A stretch of 25,240 bases of DNA from a virus (Duplodnaviria > Caudoviricetes): positions 1 through 25,240 of IMG/VR virus record IMGVR_UViG_3300047308_000014, one strand, 5' to 3'. Shown here piece after piece: positions 8,843-17,272 of the stretch (its first letter is position 1; the number at the start of each line of letters is the position of its first letter). The notes under the pieces are model-generated. The model saw only the letters and a list, made by a program, of their open reading frames with translations, made no database searches and was not told the DNA's origin. The position numbers and the translations under genes were made by a program.

Positions 8843-9881
8843 TCATTAACTCCAGATTACTCAAAAGACGGTTGTCTGTTGGTGCAAATTCTAAAGCTTT
8901 CTTACAAAATTCAATAGCTTGATCTTTGAATCCCAAGCGATATGCCGCAATAGACGCTAGGTCATACGGGCGCTCAGTCCACACTACAGGGTCCATCGTG
9001 TAATTGATCTGTTTATCAGTAATGTTCAAAGCTGAAATAGCCGCACCATAGCACTCTGCCCACAACGACTTCCTGTAGGCGTACATAGCCAGATCCATCC
9101 AAGGTTCACGGGTTTCTGGGCACTCAGCCACAGCCAGCCGATACCACTTTACAGCCCGTTCATCTCCAAGTTCTTCATAGCACTTACCCAACAACCGCAT
9201 GGCATAACAACGCTCTGTTGTCCACACAGCGTCTGGCAGTGCTAGATACCTGTTTAAAGCCTCTATGCCTTCTCTGTGATGACCGTAGAACGTCAGTTCC
9301 CTGGCGTAGTAAAAAGCGTTTCTAGGGCATTCTTTGTCCTCTTTGACCGCTACTTTAAGCAGGTCAAGGTACTGTGATCTAGACTTTGTTGGGTCAGGGT
9401 GATGCGTGACTAGCAACATGTCTGAATGCGACCAGATTTCAGTCAGCCTGGGGTCAGGTCTGAGACTTTCATGGCAAGGGTGGTGCCAGTGATAGCCGTG
9501 GCGACTATGGATCTTTTCTGCATAGAAAGAGATGCCACTTCCCCAGTCAAACTTGTACCGCATTCTGGTGGTTTCATCCCTCCAGACACGTTCAATCTCT
9601 TGTCTCCACCCAGGTTCTAGGACTTCATCCAAGTCTAGGGATATGCAGATATCTACATCTCTGGGAAGTAAAGACAAGCAGGCATCTCTTGCCTTATCAA
9701 AGCGCCAAGGGCTGATGCAGATGTCGTAAACAACCGCACCATGCTCCTTGGCTAACTCAACAGTGTTATCTGTCGAGCCAGTGTCCGCAATAACAATGAG
9801 ATCAGCGTCTACAGCAGACTTACAAAAACGCTCAACAAACTGTGATTCGTTTTTGGATATTGCGTAGACAGCTATTTTCAT
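8835..9881 (-). CDS. Glycosyltransferase family 2 with C-terminal TPR repeats
   Basis: True start is probably ATG 9881 (MKIAVYAISKNE), overlapping the upstream stop as ATGA; 348 aa. GT-A motifs are ISKNE, IADTGSTD, FDKARD, DxD (LDLDE) and HPCHE, followed by TPR helices (FYYAREL, LLGKCYEELG, AIEFCKKALEFAP). Confidence 0.9.
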   Translation of the reverse strand: MKIAVYAISKNESQFVERFCKSAVDADLIVIADTGSTDNTVELAKEHGAVVYDICISPWRFDKARDACLSLLPRDVDICISLDLDEVLEPGWRQEIERVWRDETTRMRYKFDWGSGISFYAEKIHSRHGYHWHHPCHESLRPDPRLTEIWSHSDMLLVTHHPDPTKSRSQYLDLLKVAVKEDKECPRNAFYYARELTFYGHHREGIEALNRYLALPDAVWTTERCYAMRLLGKCYEELGDERAVKWYRLAVAECPETREPWMDLAMYAYRKSLWAECYGAAISALNITDKQINYTMDPVVWTERPYDLASIAAYRLGFKDQAIEFCKKALEFAPTDNRLLSNLELMNE

Positions 9882-10030
9882 TGCACGGTGTCTTTTACTT
9901 CTTGTACTGGCAGTTGGCCTGCAATCTTTTGAACCAGAGGCCAAGCGCCTGATCCTGTCGGCAATTGGTTGAGGACATTGATGATGTCTTTAACTTCTGC
10001 TTCCAAAAGGGTTAAGGTAATTTCTTGCAT
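9878..10030 (-). CDS. Small hypothetical protein (tail-fibre associated)
   Basis: Not in the ORF track. 50 aa, MQEITLTLLEAEVKDIINVLNQLPTGSGAWPLVQKIAGQLPVQEVKDTVQ. SD AAGGA upstream; its TGA overlaps the glycosyltransferase ATG. Confidence 0.8.
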   Translation of the reverse strand: MQEITLTLLEAEVKDIINVLNQLPTGSGAWPLVQKIAGQLPVQEVKDTVQ

Positions 10031-10042
10031 TGCTTTTCCTTG

Positions 10043-10075
10043 AAAAATGCCGCTGTTTGGGCCAGCGGGTTGCCC
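10043..10075 (-). promoter_or_regulatory. H-type pseudoknot/terminator-like RNA element
   Basis: Minus-strand RNA reads GGGC-AAC-CCGCUG-GCCC-AAA-CAGCGG-CAUUUUU. GGGC/GCCC and CCGCUG/CAGCGG are interleaved stems in a 52-nt intergenic gap. Confidence 0.55.
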
Positions 10076-10082
10076 TTATCTA

Positions 10083-10379
10083 TTATGCCCAAGGCACTCC
10101 AGTGGCGGTTACAGGGTTCTTCTGCAATTCAATCTGAGCCAGCAGGGATGCTTCCGTGGCATCCTTGTCCACGCCGCTTGTCCAGCACCAATCCAGCACT
10201 TCTTGCATGGTCACGCTGTCATAGGGGATTGTGGGTGTGCCGGGTTGCCATGAACAAGTGCTATACACAGATGCAGAGTAATCCCCATCGGTTGCATTTG
10301 CTTGCCAATGTGCGGTAGTGACAAAACCATCATAGGTTTGTCGGTCAAGTTGGGAAATGTTCCAGACTATGGTACTCAT
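10083..10379 (-). CDS. Conserved phage protein downstream of tail fibre (putative fibre assembly/accessory protein)
   Basis: 98 aa with W-rich motifs (TIVWNISQLDR, VTTAHW, IPYDSVTMQEVLDW, TGVPW). This type commonly follows S74-containing fibres. SD AAGGAG upstream. Confidence 0.7.
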   Translation of the reverse strand: MSTIVWNISQLDRQTYDGFVTTAHWQANATDGDYSASVYSTCSWQPGTPTIPYDSVTMQEVLDWCWTSGVDKDATEASLLAQIELQKNPVTATGVPWA

Positions 10380-10391
10380 GATTTAACTCCT

Positions 10392-10883
10392 TTAAGCGTG
10401 ACGGGCAAATTGCCCATGATACAAATTTCTTGCTTCGTGGGCGACCAATTCAGCAAGTTCAAAATCTTTAAATGTTCCGCAGTGAATAATTTTTTTATTT
10501 GCCATAACTCGAACCATCCAAACATTACGGTTTTTATGATAAAAAACATTTTTGCAATTTGATGTGTTGTTTTTATTTTTGTTTGCATTGTGACGGTTTT
10601 CACACCTGTTGGCAGGTCTTAAATTATCAATTTTGTTGTTTGAAATATTGCCATCAATGTGGTCAACAATTTCAGGCGTGTAACCATGCCACATTAAAAA
10701 AATAATCCTGTGAACAAGATACCGTTGGTTATTAATTTTTGTACGCAAATATGGATTTTTTCTTCCATTTGTTCCACCAACAGCATCCCCAATTTCAACA
10801 CATTGCGCCGTTGAAACTTTCCAATACAACACACCATCCTTGTACTCAAACAAGCGGTGTGCTTCTTCTTGAGTCAGGGACAT
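10392..10883 (-). CDS. HNH homing endonuclease with C-terminal AP2-like DNA-binding domain
   Basis: HNH motif YLVHRIIF..VDHIDGNISNNKIDNLR..EN and an AP2-like tail NVFYHKNRNVWMVRV..HCGTFKDFELAELVAHEAR..HGQFA. Visibly more AT-rich than its flanks. Confidence 0.92.
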   Translation of the reverse strand: MSLTQEEAHRLFEYKDGVLYWKVSTAQCVEIGDAVGGTNGRKNPYLRTKINNQRYLVHRIIFLMWHGYTPEIVDHIDGNISNNKIDNLRPANRCENRHNANKNKNNTSNCKNVFYHKNRNVWMVRVMANKKIIHCGTFKDFELAELVAHEARNLYHGQFARHA

Positions 10884-10886
10884 GAT

Positions 10887-12488
10887 TTATGCTCCTTCTA
10901 AAGCGGTTATACGGGCGGTGAGTTGGGTGATGAGGGCAGACTGTTCCTTGATTGCGGCAACCAACAAAGGTATGACTTCTGTGTACTGAACACCTAAATC
11001 ATCTGGATTGCTTGCGTCTACAGCTTCTGGTAATACCGCTTGCACATCTTGGGCGATCAAAAAACTTCTGCGAGTACCTTCTACATCTGTCTTGTACTTA
11101 CCAATAACTGCTCGGAGTGTTGATACCTTAGTCATTGCATCTGCAATGGGTTCAATAATGTCTTTTTTGCGTTCGTCAGATTGAGCAGTCCAAGATGTAC
11201 CGCCCCAAGCAATATAAGCACCTGTATTAAATGTTGTGTTGTTGTATCCATAGACAACATATTGGTCTGAACTATTCATACCAAAATTCCATTGCCTTGT
11301 GGAAGTACCTGCTGGATTTTGAGTTAAATAATTTCCAAAACCACCAGCATTTACACCAACTTGAAGTCCTTTAAACGATCCTGTTGAGATACCAGTAGTC
11401 CCCACCAGCAAGTTACCGTTTGGATCAAGAGACATCCGTTCTGCAAAAATAGTGCCGTTATAAGTCCAAAACGACATAGTCGAAACCGCACCAGAAGCTT
11501 CTGTTAATCTAATGCGCCCCGTTGGAGCCAAAGCCCCACCGCCGGGATTACCAGCCATATTTATATCAACCGCATTACCAACGGCACTGGTGGCTGAATT
11601 TATCAAAGACAGCGTAGGCCCAACAGTGCCACTTGCGGCTTTTCTTATATCAAGTATTGCTCCTGGCGATGTAGCACCAATACCCAAGTTACCGCTGGCA
11701 TCAAGCGTCATTGCTTGGGTGAAGGTGATTGCGTTACCTGCTGTGCCAGATAAGGCTGTATTCCAAATATGTAGGCCAGCATATTGCAAATATTGCTGTG
11801 AAGCTGCGGTGTTAATGTATTTCCAGTTTGCACCGTCAAAATAACAGTTGTTTGCAAAGGTTGTGTTGTTACTGCTATCAGTTGAAATAGAGCCTTGTTT
11901 GACTTGTACCGCTTTAAAAATGCTAGTCCAAGCACTAGGCGTAACACCCAATCCCAAGTTACCGCTGGCATCAAGGAACATCTGGTTTGTGCTGGCGGTG
12001 GTAAACAATACTTTATTGTTGACAGCATCAAAAGCAATGCCGTTTCCAGAGGCTCCCACGCCCGTTGCAATTGCCGCATATGTGGCATCGGTATACACAA
12101 ACAATGATTTGTTGGATGCCCCGCCATTTGTAAATCGTGCCACATCACCCGCAGCGGCTTTTGACACATCCAACTTATAAGTGGGCGAAACACCCACCCC
12201 CAAGTTCGTACCATCAAACACCAACGCACTACCCGTAGCCAAAGCACTTGTGCTTGAGGCATACACCACACCATTTGCGGTAAATGAAGTTAAGCCTGTG
12301 CCGCCAGCAGTAGTAGGGGTTAATTTATAACCAATTTTTTGAACTACGTTACTGCTGTCTTTGTAAAACAATATGCCATCAGCAGTGTTGATTGCCAACT
12401 CACCAGCCGCAAGGTTAGCCGCCAAAGGAGTATTGGTTGCAGTGCTTGAAGAATAAAGCTGGATGGGAGTGTAGTTAGTTTGTGCCAT
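10887..12488 (-). CDS. Tail fibre protein with C-terminal intramolecular chaperone (peptidase S74)
   Basis: 533 aa with an N-terminal LAAGELAINTADGILFYKD anchor, repeated LDxxGNLxxG knob modules, an SDERKKDII autocleavage motif, LIAQDVQAVLPEAV and a coiled-coil end. Confidence 0.9.
   Translation of the reverse strand: MAQTNYTPIQLYSSSTATNTPLAANLAAGELAINTADGILFYKDSSNVVQKIGYKLTPTTAGGTGLTSFTANGVVYASSTSALATGSALVFDGTNLGVGVSPTYKLDVSKAAAGDVARFTNGGASNKSLFVYTDATYAAIATGVGASGNGIAFDAVNNKVLFTTASTNQMFLDASGNLGLGVTPSAWTSIFKAVQVKQGSISTDSSNNTTFANNCYFDGANWKYINTAASQQYLQYAGLHIWNTALSGTAGNAITFTQAMTLDASGNLGIGATSPGAILDIRKAASGTVGPTLSLINSATSAVGNAVDINMAGNPGGGALAPTGRIRLTEASGAVSTMSFWTYNGTIFAERMSLDPNGNLLVGTTGISTGSFKGLQVGVNAGGFGNYLTQNPAGTSTRQWNFGMNSSDQYVVYGYNNTTFNTGAYIAWGGTSWTAQSDERKKDIIEPIADAMTKVSTLRAVIGKYKTDVEGTRRSFLIAQDVQAVLPEAVDASNPDDLGVQYTEVIPLLVAAIKEQSALITQLTARITALEGA
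11683..11975. repeat. 23-bp perfect direct repeat inside tail fibre gene
   Basis: cccaagttaccgctggcatcaag occurs at 11683-11705 and 11953-11975 (270-nt period) and encodes LDASGNLG. Confidence 0.9.
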
Positions 12489-12497
12489 TTTTTAACC

Positions 12498-12989
12498 TCA
12501 GAATGTGCCGCCGCTTACGCCACCAAGAACAGTTAAGTATATTGAAGAACCAGTCAGTTGAACCCAAGTGGTTGATTCTTTTATCCAAACTGTTTGAGGG
12601 GTTGTGTTTGTTTGTACGTACAGTTGATTAGATACACCATCACCACTTCCTGGCGCATTTGTACCCGTCAAAATAGGCAATCCAGCACCGCTAGAGTAAG
12701 CAAATTGCCCAGGCGTTGACCAAGTCAGACTGCTTGCGTTTTTACTGTTGACTACTGCAATTGATACCCACACCAAAGTAGTCGGCGTTGTAGGTGGTGT
12801 TGTCGACCAGCCAGCGGGAGGTACTCCAGTGTTAGTCGTGAAGTCCCAAGAGCCACCAGTTGGCGTTGCAGGTGCAGATGCACTTTGTTGAAACACAAAC
12901 CACTGAAAGTATGTGCCGCCAACAGTAAATCCACTGCCATACAAGCCAACGGATTCAGCATTCCCGCCGTAAAAACTAGCTGTGGTCAA
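12498..12989 (-). CDS. Short structural protein, paralogue of the collagen-like fibre termini
   Basis: 163 aa. Residues ~10-96 align with the N-terminus of 12986..14533 (GLYG..GGTYF..TPTGGSW.F.TN.G.PP.GWS.TPP), and both proteins end GVSGGTF. Confidence 0.8.
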   Translation of the reverse strand: MTTASFYGGNAESVGLYGSGFTVGGTYFQWFVFQQSASAPATPTGGSWDFTTNTGVPPAGWSTTPPTTPTTLVWVSIAVVNSKNASSLTWSTPGQFAYSSGAGLPILTGTNAPGSGDGVSNQLYVQTNTTPQTVWIKESTTWVQLTGSSIYLTVLGGVSGGTF

Positions 12990-14533
12990 AATGTACCCCC
13001 AGAAACGCCTGTAGTAGCGTTGATGCTACCAATAACAGACAGTTGTGTACCACTCCACACCAGATTAGCCGATCCAGCCAAAGCGCCAGCGTTGTTGTAC
13101 TGCACTTGAGTTGTTGACCCGCCAATAGCTGGAGTTGCTCCCGTGGGGCCTGTGGGGCCTATTGCTCCCGTAGGTCCTGTTGGCCCAGTCACAGTTGAGG
13201 CGGCACCCGTAGCACCCGTGGGGCCAGTAGGTCCAGTGGGGCCTATAGATCCAGTTGGACCAGTTGGGCCAAGCTGGGTGTACATGACTTGCGTAGCAGT
13301 GACAATAAGACTTGCAGTTGAAGGAGTTGTTGGAGTAGTTCCTCCTGCATACGCTTGTAACGTAACAGCAGTATTAGATGCTTGCCAATAAAGCTCTAAG
13401 TAATCATTTGCCGCAAGAGTTAAAACATAATTCCAGCCTACAACTGAGTGACCATCAATACCACCGTGTTTAGCTGGGATGGCAATAAATCCTGTTGATC
13501 CTGTTAAATCTGTTCCGTTTTTACGCACCCAAACTTGAACATCATGTTCTTGAGTATCTGTGTTTTGAAATTGACCAGACCATTGAAAGTTGTATGTCCC
13601 AGCATTTGTAAACACAACTCTTGATGTTGGGCTTCCTATAGAAACTCCATTAGCTTCATCAGTTGTGTTTAATGTCATTGCATAAGCAGTTGTAGTGCTT
13701 GCAATAGTTTGAGTTGTTGTGTCTTGGAATGCTCCGTAATACCCCAAAGCACCACCAGCACCTGTACCGCCTGTTGGACCAGTTGCACCCGTAGGGCCTG
13801 TAGCGCCAATAGCACCTGTTGGGCCAGTAGGACCAGTGACGGTAGATGCCGCACCTGTCGGACCTGTCGGACCTGTTGGCCCTTGAATACCCTGTGCGCC
13901 CGTGGGACCTGTTGGACCAGTGACACCTTGAATGCCTTGCGGACCTGTAGGACCAGTGGGACCAATGTCTCCAGTAGGCCCAGTAGCGCCAGTGGGACCT
14001 GTAACACCCTGAATACCCTGTGGGCCAGTTGGTCCTGTAGCCCCCGTAGGGCCTGTTACCCCTTGGATGCCTTGAGCGCCTGTTGGACCAGTGGCTCCAG
14101 TTGGGCCTGTAACGCCCTGGATGCCTTGTGAACCCGTTGGCCCTGTAGCACCTGTAGGACCAGTAGGACCCAAAGGACCAGTTGGGCCAATAGGACCCGT
14201 AGGACCTTGTTTAAAGATTTGCCCAGGAATTGACCAAACCAGTGCCGCTGAATCTCTTGAATTAACCAGCGCAATAGACAGCCAAACAATGGTGGTTGGG
14301 CTTACAGGTGGCGTGTTACTCCAGCCAGTCGGAGGAGTGCCTACGTTGGTTACAAAACTCCATGACCCACCCGTGGGCGTACCAGGGTTGGTAGCACTTT
14401 CTAAGAATATGAGGTATTCAAAGTAAGTCCCACCAAGCGTAGTGGGATTGCCGTACAGACCAGCGGTTTCTGCGCCCGTGGAGGCCGCAACAGTACCAGT
14501 TGCACTGCTTCCGTAAAGACCACCTGTTGCCAT
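12986..14533 (-). CDS. Collagen-like fibre protein with internal C1q/TNF-like (BclA-CTD-like) domain
   Basis: 515 aa with two Gly-X-Y tracts dominated by GPT. Between them is a beta-sandwich, [41 protein letters not shown], that fits the C1q-like pattern. Confidence 0.85.
   Translation of the reverse strand: MATGGLYGSSATGTVAASTGAETAGLYGNPTTLGGTYFEYLIFLESATNPGTPTGGSWSFVTNVGTPPTGWSNTPPVSPTTIVWLSIALVNSRDSAALVWSIPGQIFKQGPTGPIGPTGPLGPTGPTGATGPTGSQGIQGVTGPTGATGPTGAQGIQGVTGPTGATGPTGPQGIQGVTGPTGATGPTGDIGPTGPTGPQGIQGVTGPTGPTGAQGIQGPTGPTGPTGAASTVTGPTGPTGAIGATGPTGATGPTGGTGAGGALGYYGAFQDTTTQTIASTTTAYAMTLNTTDEANGVSIGSPTSRVVFTNAGTYNFQWSGQFQNTDTQEHDVQVWVRKNGTDLTGSTGFIAIPAKHGGIDGHSVVGWNYVLTLAANDYLELYWQASNTAVTLQAYAGGTTPTTPSTASLIVTATQVMYTQLGPTGPTGSIGPTGPTGPTGATGAASTVTGPTGPTGAIGPTGPTGATPAIGGSTTQVQYNNAGALAGSANLVWSGTQLSVIGSINATTGVSGGTF
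13137..13270 (-). repeat. Collagen Gly-X-Y repeat tract (short)
   Basis: Encodes [46 protein letters not shown]; boundaries are approximate. Confidence 0.85.
13751..14206 (-). repeat. Collagen Gly-X-Y repeat tract (long)
   Basis: About 150 codons of GPT/GAT triplets with a recurring 18-aa unit [18 protein letters not shown] and synonymous codon variation between units. Confidence 0.9.
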
Positions 14534-14541
14534 GATGCTCC

Positions 14542-15528
14542 TTACTTGAACGAATATCTGTAGTCACGGGGCTGGAATTCTGATGTGAGGTGTTGATCAC
14601 CACCACGCCATTTATCCTTGAAGTTTTGATCTTCAATTAAGCCATAAGCCTCATCAATTCTGGTTTTCCATTTTTGGGCTTCTTCCACGTTTTTGTTTTT
14701 GTCGTAATACGATTCAAGAGTACCGTAAAAGTAACCTTCAGGGAAAGATGCCAGCGCACCATTGTTCTGCACAATAGGACTGATTGCATCCCCAGTAGGG
14801 CTAAACAAGAATGGGAAGGTACGTGTGTAATACGCCTTGATTTCTACGTTTGCACCAGGGTTTGGCGTAAACACATAATTAGGTCCGACTTCAGAGAATG
14901 ACGCACGGATTACCCGTGGAACGCCAAAAGGACGCACATACAGTTGGTCAATCATGCGGCGGCGAATGATCTCTCTGTCGCCAACACGGTCATAAATAAT
15001 CCAAGGGCCCATAGATGCCGCTGGAGTCCCAGGTGCCACGTTGCTATTGGGTGTCTCTTGAAAGAACAAAATAGGCCAGTTCATATCCGCAGGGATAGGA
15101 GCCATGCCGTTTGTGTCTGTAGTCAAAATAGTAGGATTTGCCCCATATGGATTTGTCCGCAATGCAGGCAACTCAATCGTCCGCATTTTCAATTCAGCAA
15201 ACTGAATACAAGACTGAATCTCAATAGAAGACTGAGTAGGAAGCTTCAAAATAGCTGTTGGCAAGGAAAGACCAGTCCACACGCCATCTGGGTCGTTAAC
15301 CAAAATAGTGGTGGTGGTCACCTCTAAAACAACGGTAAAGCTATTTATTAAACTGGGGCCGATAAAGTCGCCAACTTGAACAACAGAAGTTGGATTGGCA
15401 GATGTGGTGATAAGGCCTGTTGAAGTGTTGATTGAACTGGCGTTGATACCAGTTGCTGATGGGATTGCGCCTATCCACTGTGCTACTCGGCTAACTAAAA
15501 TATTAGCTGATTGAATGAATAGGGCCAT
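14542..15528 (-). CDS. Putative head-to-tail adaptor protein
   Basis: 328 aa with [17 protein letters not shown], a YY motif, [10 protein letters not shown] and a C-terminal EAQKWK..EA helix. The pattern and the position after the capsid genes fit podovirus adaptors. Confidence 0.7.
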   Translation of the reverse strand: MALFIQSANILVSRVAQWIGAIPSATGINASSINTSTGLITTSANPTSVVQVGDFIGPSLINSFTVVLEVTTTTILVNDPDGVWTGLSLPTAILKLPTQSSIEIQSCIQFAELKMRTIELPALRTNPYGANPTILTTDTNGMAPIPADMNWPILFFQETPNSNVAPGTPAASMGPWIIYDRVGDREIIRRRMIDQLYVRPFGVPRVIRASFSEVGPNYVFTPNPGANVEIKAYYTRTFPFLFSPTGDAISPIVQNNGALASFPEGYFYGTLESYYDKNKNVEEAQKWKTRIDEAYGLIEDQNFKDKWRGGDQHLTSEFQPRDYRYSFK

Positions 15529-15537
15529 ACCGAATCC

Positions 15538-16044
15538 TCACTTTGTAGGTATTGCTGGATTATAGGGGAGTGGAATTTTTCCGCTAGGGTGGCACACGAA
15601 ATCTGAATAGTATTCGTTGACAATAGCGTAAAAGAGAATCTTGTCCTCTTTCTCCTGTTTGATCAATTCCCAAGGGCGGTTGTTAAACCACTTGGAACTG
15701 ATTTCATGGGCAAAACACTTGGGCAGTTGCATCATGTGTGCGGTGCCTGCAAAGAATGGATTGTCAGTGCCGTGGATAGCATGAAACTCTCGGCGCTCTT
15801 TGCAAAACTGTTTTACAGCTTCAATGTTTTTTTGCTCATACTGGACATACCGTTCCCCGTCTTGAGCACCAATTTTGTAGTTGAGGTTAGCAGTTTGGAA
15901 TGTCTGCGACCAAGTGCCAGACTTGACTTCATTGAACAACTGATCATTTTTGCGTAAAACGCCTTCTATGCCAGACTCAAGATTACCCTTTAAATAGTAA
16001 TCTTCATTAACTTTGACGTCTTCATCTTTTAAATTCAATTCCAT
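15538..16044 (-). CDS. Hypothetical protein following major capsid protein
   Basis: 168 aa with a strong SD (AAGGAG); co-oriented. No motif recognised. Confidence 0.8.
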   Translation of the reverse strand: MELNLKDEDVKVNEDYYLKGNLESGIEGVLRKNDQLFNEVKSGTWSQTFQTANLNYKIGAQDGERYVQYEQKNIEAVKQFCKERREFHAIHGTDNPFFAGTAHMMQLPKCFAHEISSKWFNNRPWELIKQEKEDKILFYAIVNEYYSDFVCHPSGKIPLPYNPAIPTK

Positions 16045-16054
16045 GCTTTGCTCC

Positions 16055-16090
16055 TTTCCAAAGGAGGCCCTTGCGGACCCCCTTCAGAAA
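16055..16090 (-). promoter_or_regulatory. 16-bp stem-loop with GCAA tetraloop after the capsid gene (mRNA stabiliser/attenuator)
   Basis: UUUCUGAAGGGGGUCC-GCAA-GGGCCUCCUUUGGAAA pairs fully on the minus strand, using 4 G-U pairs. No U-tract follows. Confidence 0.7.
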
Positions 16091-16098
16091 TGAACCTA

Positions 16099-17256
16099 TC
16101 AGGTCAAATAACGAGCGCACTGAGCGGTGGGACGAGGTGCAGTCACAGCGGCTCCCGTGGGGGAGATGCCAGCCAACACGCCAACACCAGCAGGGTTACG
16201 CACGATCAAGGTGCCTTCCATGATGTACTGATCCAAGGAAGCGTCAGCATTGCTGAACACTTCGTTGTTTGGACCCAACTCACGCAAAGAACCCCACTGA
16301 ATAACATCAGGGTTCATAAACAACACGGAGGTGTTGTCAGCGCCAGTCTGGTCCATGATCCAGCAGTCATCAATCTGGTACGTGTAGTTGAAGTCACCTT
16401 CATACGTACCAATGGTGTCGCCCTTGTCAGCCGGGTTAAAACGGTTGATAGAACGGCTGGTAGGCAGGGTATCACTGATGTGAGTACGCATCGATGTTGG
16501 GACTACCATGTTGGTAATCTTGGCATTGAAGCGTTGCTCGGCAGTGGTAACCAACTGCTTGTACAGGAACGGGCTGAACTGTTGCAGGGTCTGACCGCTG
16601 GCAAACGAGAAGTAACCCAAACCAGCATTTGCCAACGAACCGTTGAAAGGCGTGTTGGTAGAAGTGGTGGAGGTCGTGTCGTTGCTATCAGAAGTAGCGA
16701 TATTCAACACTGCCGTGCCGCTGGTGGGGTTACCAGAGCGGGTGCCAGCGAAAGAATACAGCGAACCCATGCGGCGACCGTTGTTGGGTGAAGCACCTTG
16801 GGTAGCGGCTTGACCAGCGTACTTGATAGAGGCACCGTCAGCACGAACCAATTGCAACTCAACGTCAAACATGATCTCGGTCAATTGCTTGACTTCTTGA
16901 TATGCCTGGGGGTCGCCACCAGCCTGTTCAACAGCACGAGCGGTACCAGTGGCGCCGATCACGGTGGTGAAAATCTGGGTGTAGTTACCCAAGTTTGCAC
17001 GGGTGTTGGAGGCGGCGGCAGACGAGTCAACCGATGCACCTTCCAATTTTGCGTTCAAAGCAGGGGTACGGAAATAGTCATTAGGCCAAATGTGCAGAGT
17101 CGAATTGACTTTGCGTTTTTTGGACATAGCCATGTTAGTGACCGGGGTGCGGTCTTTAACATAGTTACTGACAGTCATATCGAGGTCTTTGACAACGATA
17201 TCGGTGGTATACGAGCCATTGCCGTTACCAAGTGCCGCAGAGGTAATAGTAGCCAT
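16099..17256 (-). CDS. Major capsid protein (DUF5309/SU10-like, HK97 fold)
   Basis: 385 aa with DLDMTVS..RTP, HIWPND, EG, NYTQIF, EIMFDVE and EGTLIVRNP motifs. Strong SD AGGAG, biased codon usage, directly after the scaffold gene. Confidence 0.88.
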   Translation of the reverse strand: MATITSAALGNGNGSYTTDIVVKDLDMTVSNYVKDRTPVTNMAMSKKRKVNSTLHIWPNDYFRTPALNAKLEGASVDSSAAASNTRANLGNYTQIFTTVIGATGTARAVEQAGGDPQAYQEVKQLTEIMFDVELQLVRADGASIKYAGQAATQGASPNNGRRMGSLYSFAGTRSGNPTSGTAVLNIATSDSNDTTSTTSTNTPFNGSLANAGLGYFSFASGQTLQQFSPFLYKQLVTTAEQRFNAKITNMVVPTSMRTHISDTLPTSRSINRFNPADKGDTIGTYEGDFNYTYQIDDCWIMDQTGADNTSVLFMNPDVIQWGSLRELGPNNEVFSNADASLDQYIMEGTLIVRNPAGVGVLAGISPTGAAVTAPRPTAQCARYLT

Positions 17257-17272
17257 TTGAAAAACTCCTGAG

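Noticed and set aside
9882-9944. 21-aa N-terminal extension of the glycosyltransferase in the ORF track
   Set aside because: It overlaps a better-supported 50-aa gene with its own SD. The GT2 fold begins at MKIAVY (9881) with an ATGA coupling.
10050-10085. Stop-codon readthrough or frameshift stimulated by the pseudoknot 7 nt after the 98-aa gene's stop
   Set aside because: The gene ends in tandem stops (TAA TAG), and no slippery heptamer precedes it.
10376-10603. 75-aa minus-strand ORF overlapping the HNH gene
   Set aside because: It is an alternative frame of the AP2-like coding region without an RBS. Only its last codons matter, as part of the duplicated junction.
13143-14426. Plus-strand GPV-repeat ORFs and other alternative frames over the collagen gene
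   Set aside because: They are shadows of the GPT codon repeat and not independent genes.
10887-14533. Diversity-generating retroelement, invertible fibre cassette or CRISPR array
   Set aside because: No reverse transcriptase or recombinase, no template/variable repeat pair differing at adenines, no inverted crossover sites, and no regularly spaced repeat-spacer array was seen.
16048-17271. Long plus-strand ORFs (247 and 157 aa) antisense to the capsid gene
   Set aside because: They mirror the capsid reading frame and are explained by its biased codon usage. They have no RBS or protein-like motifs.
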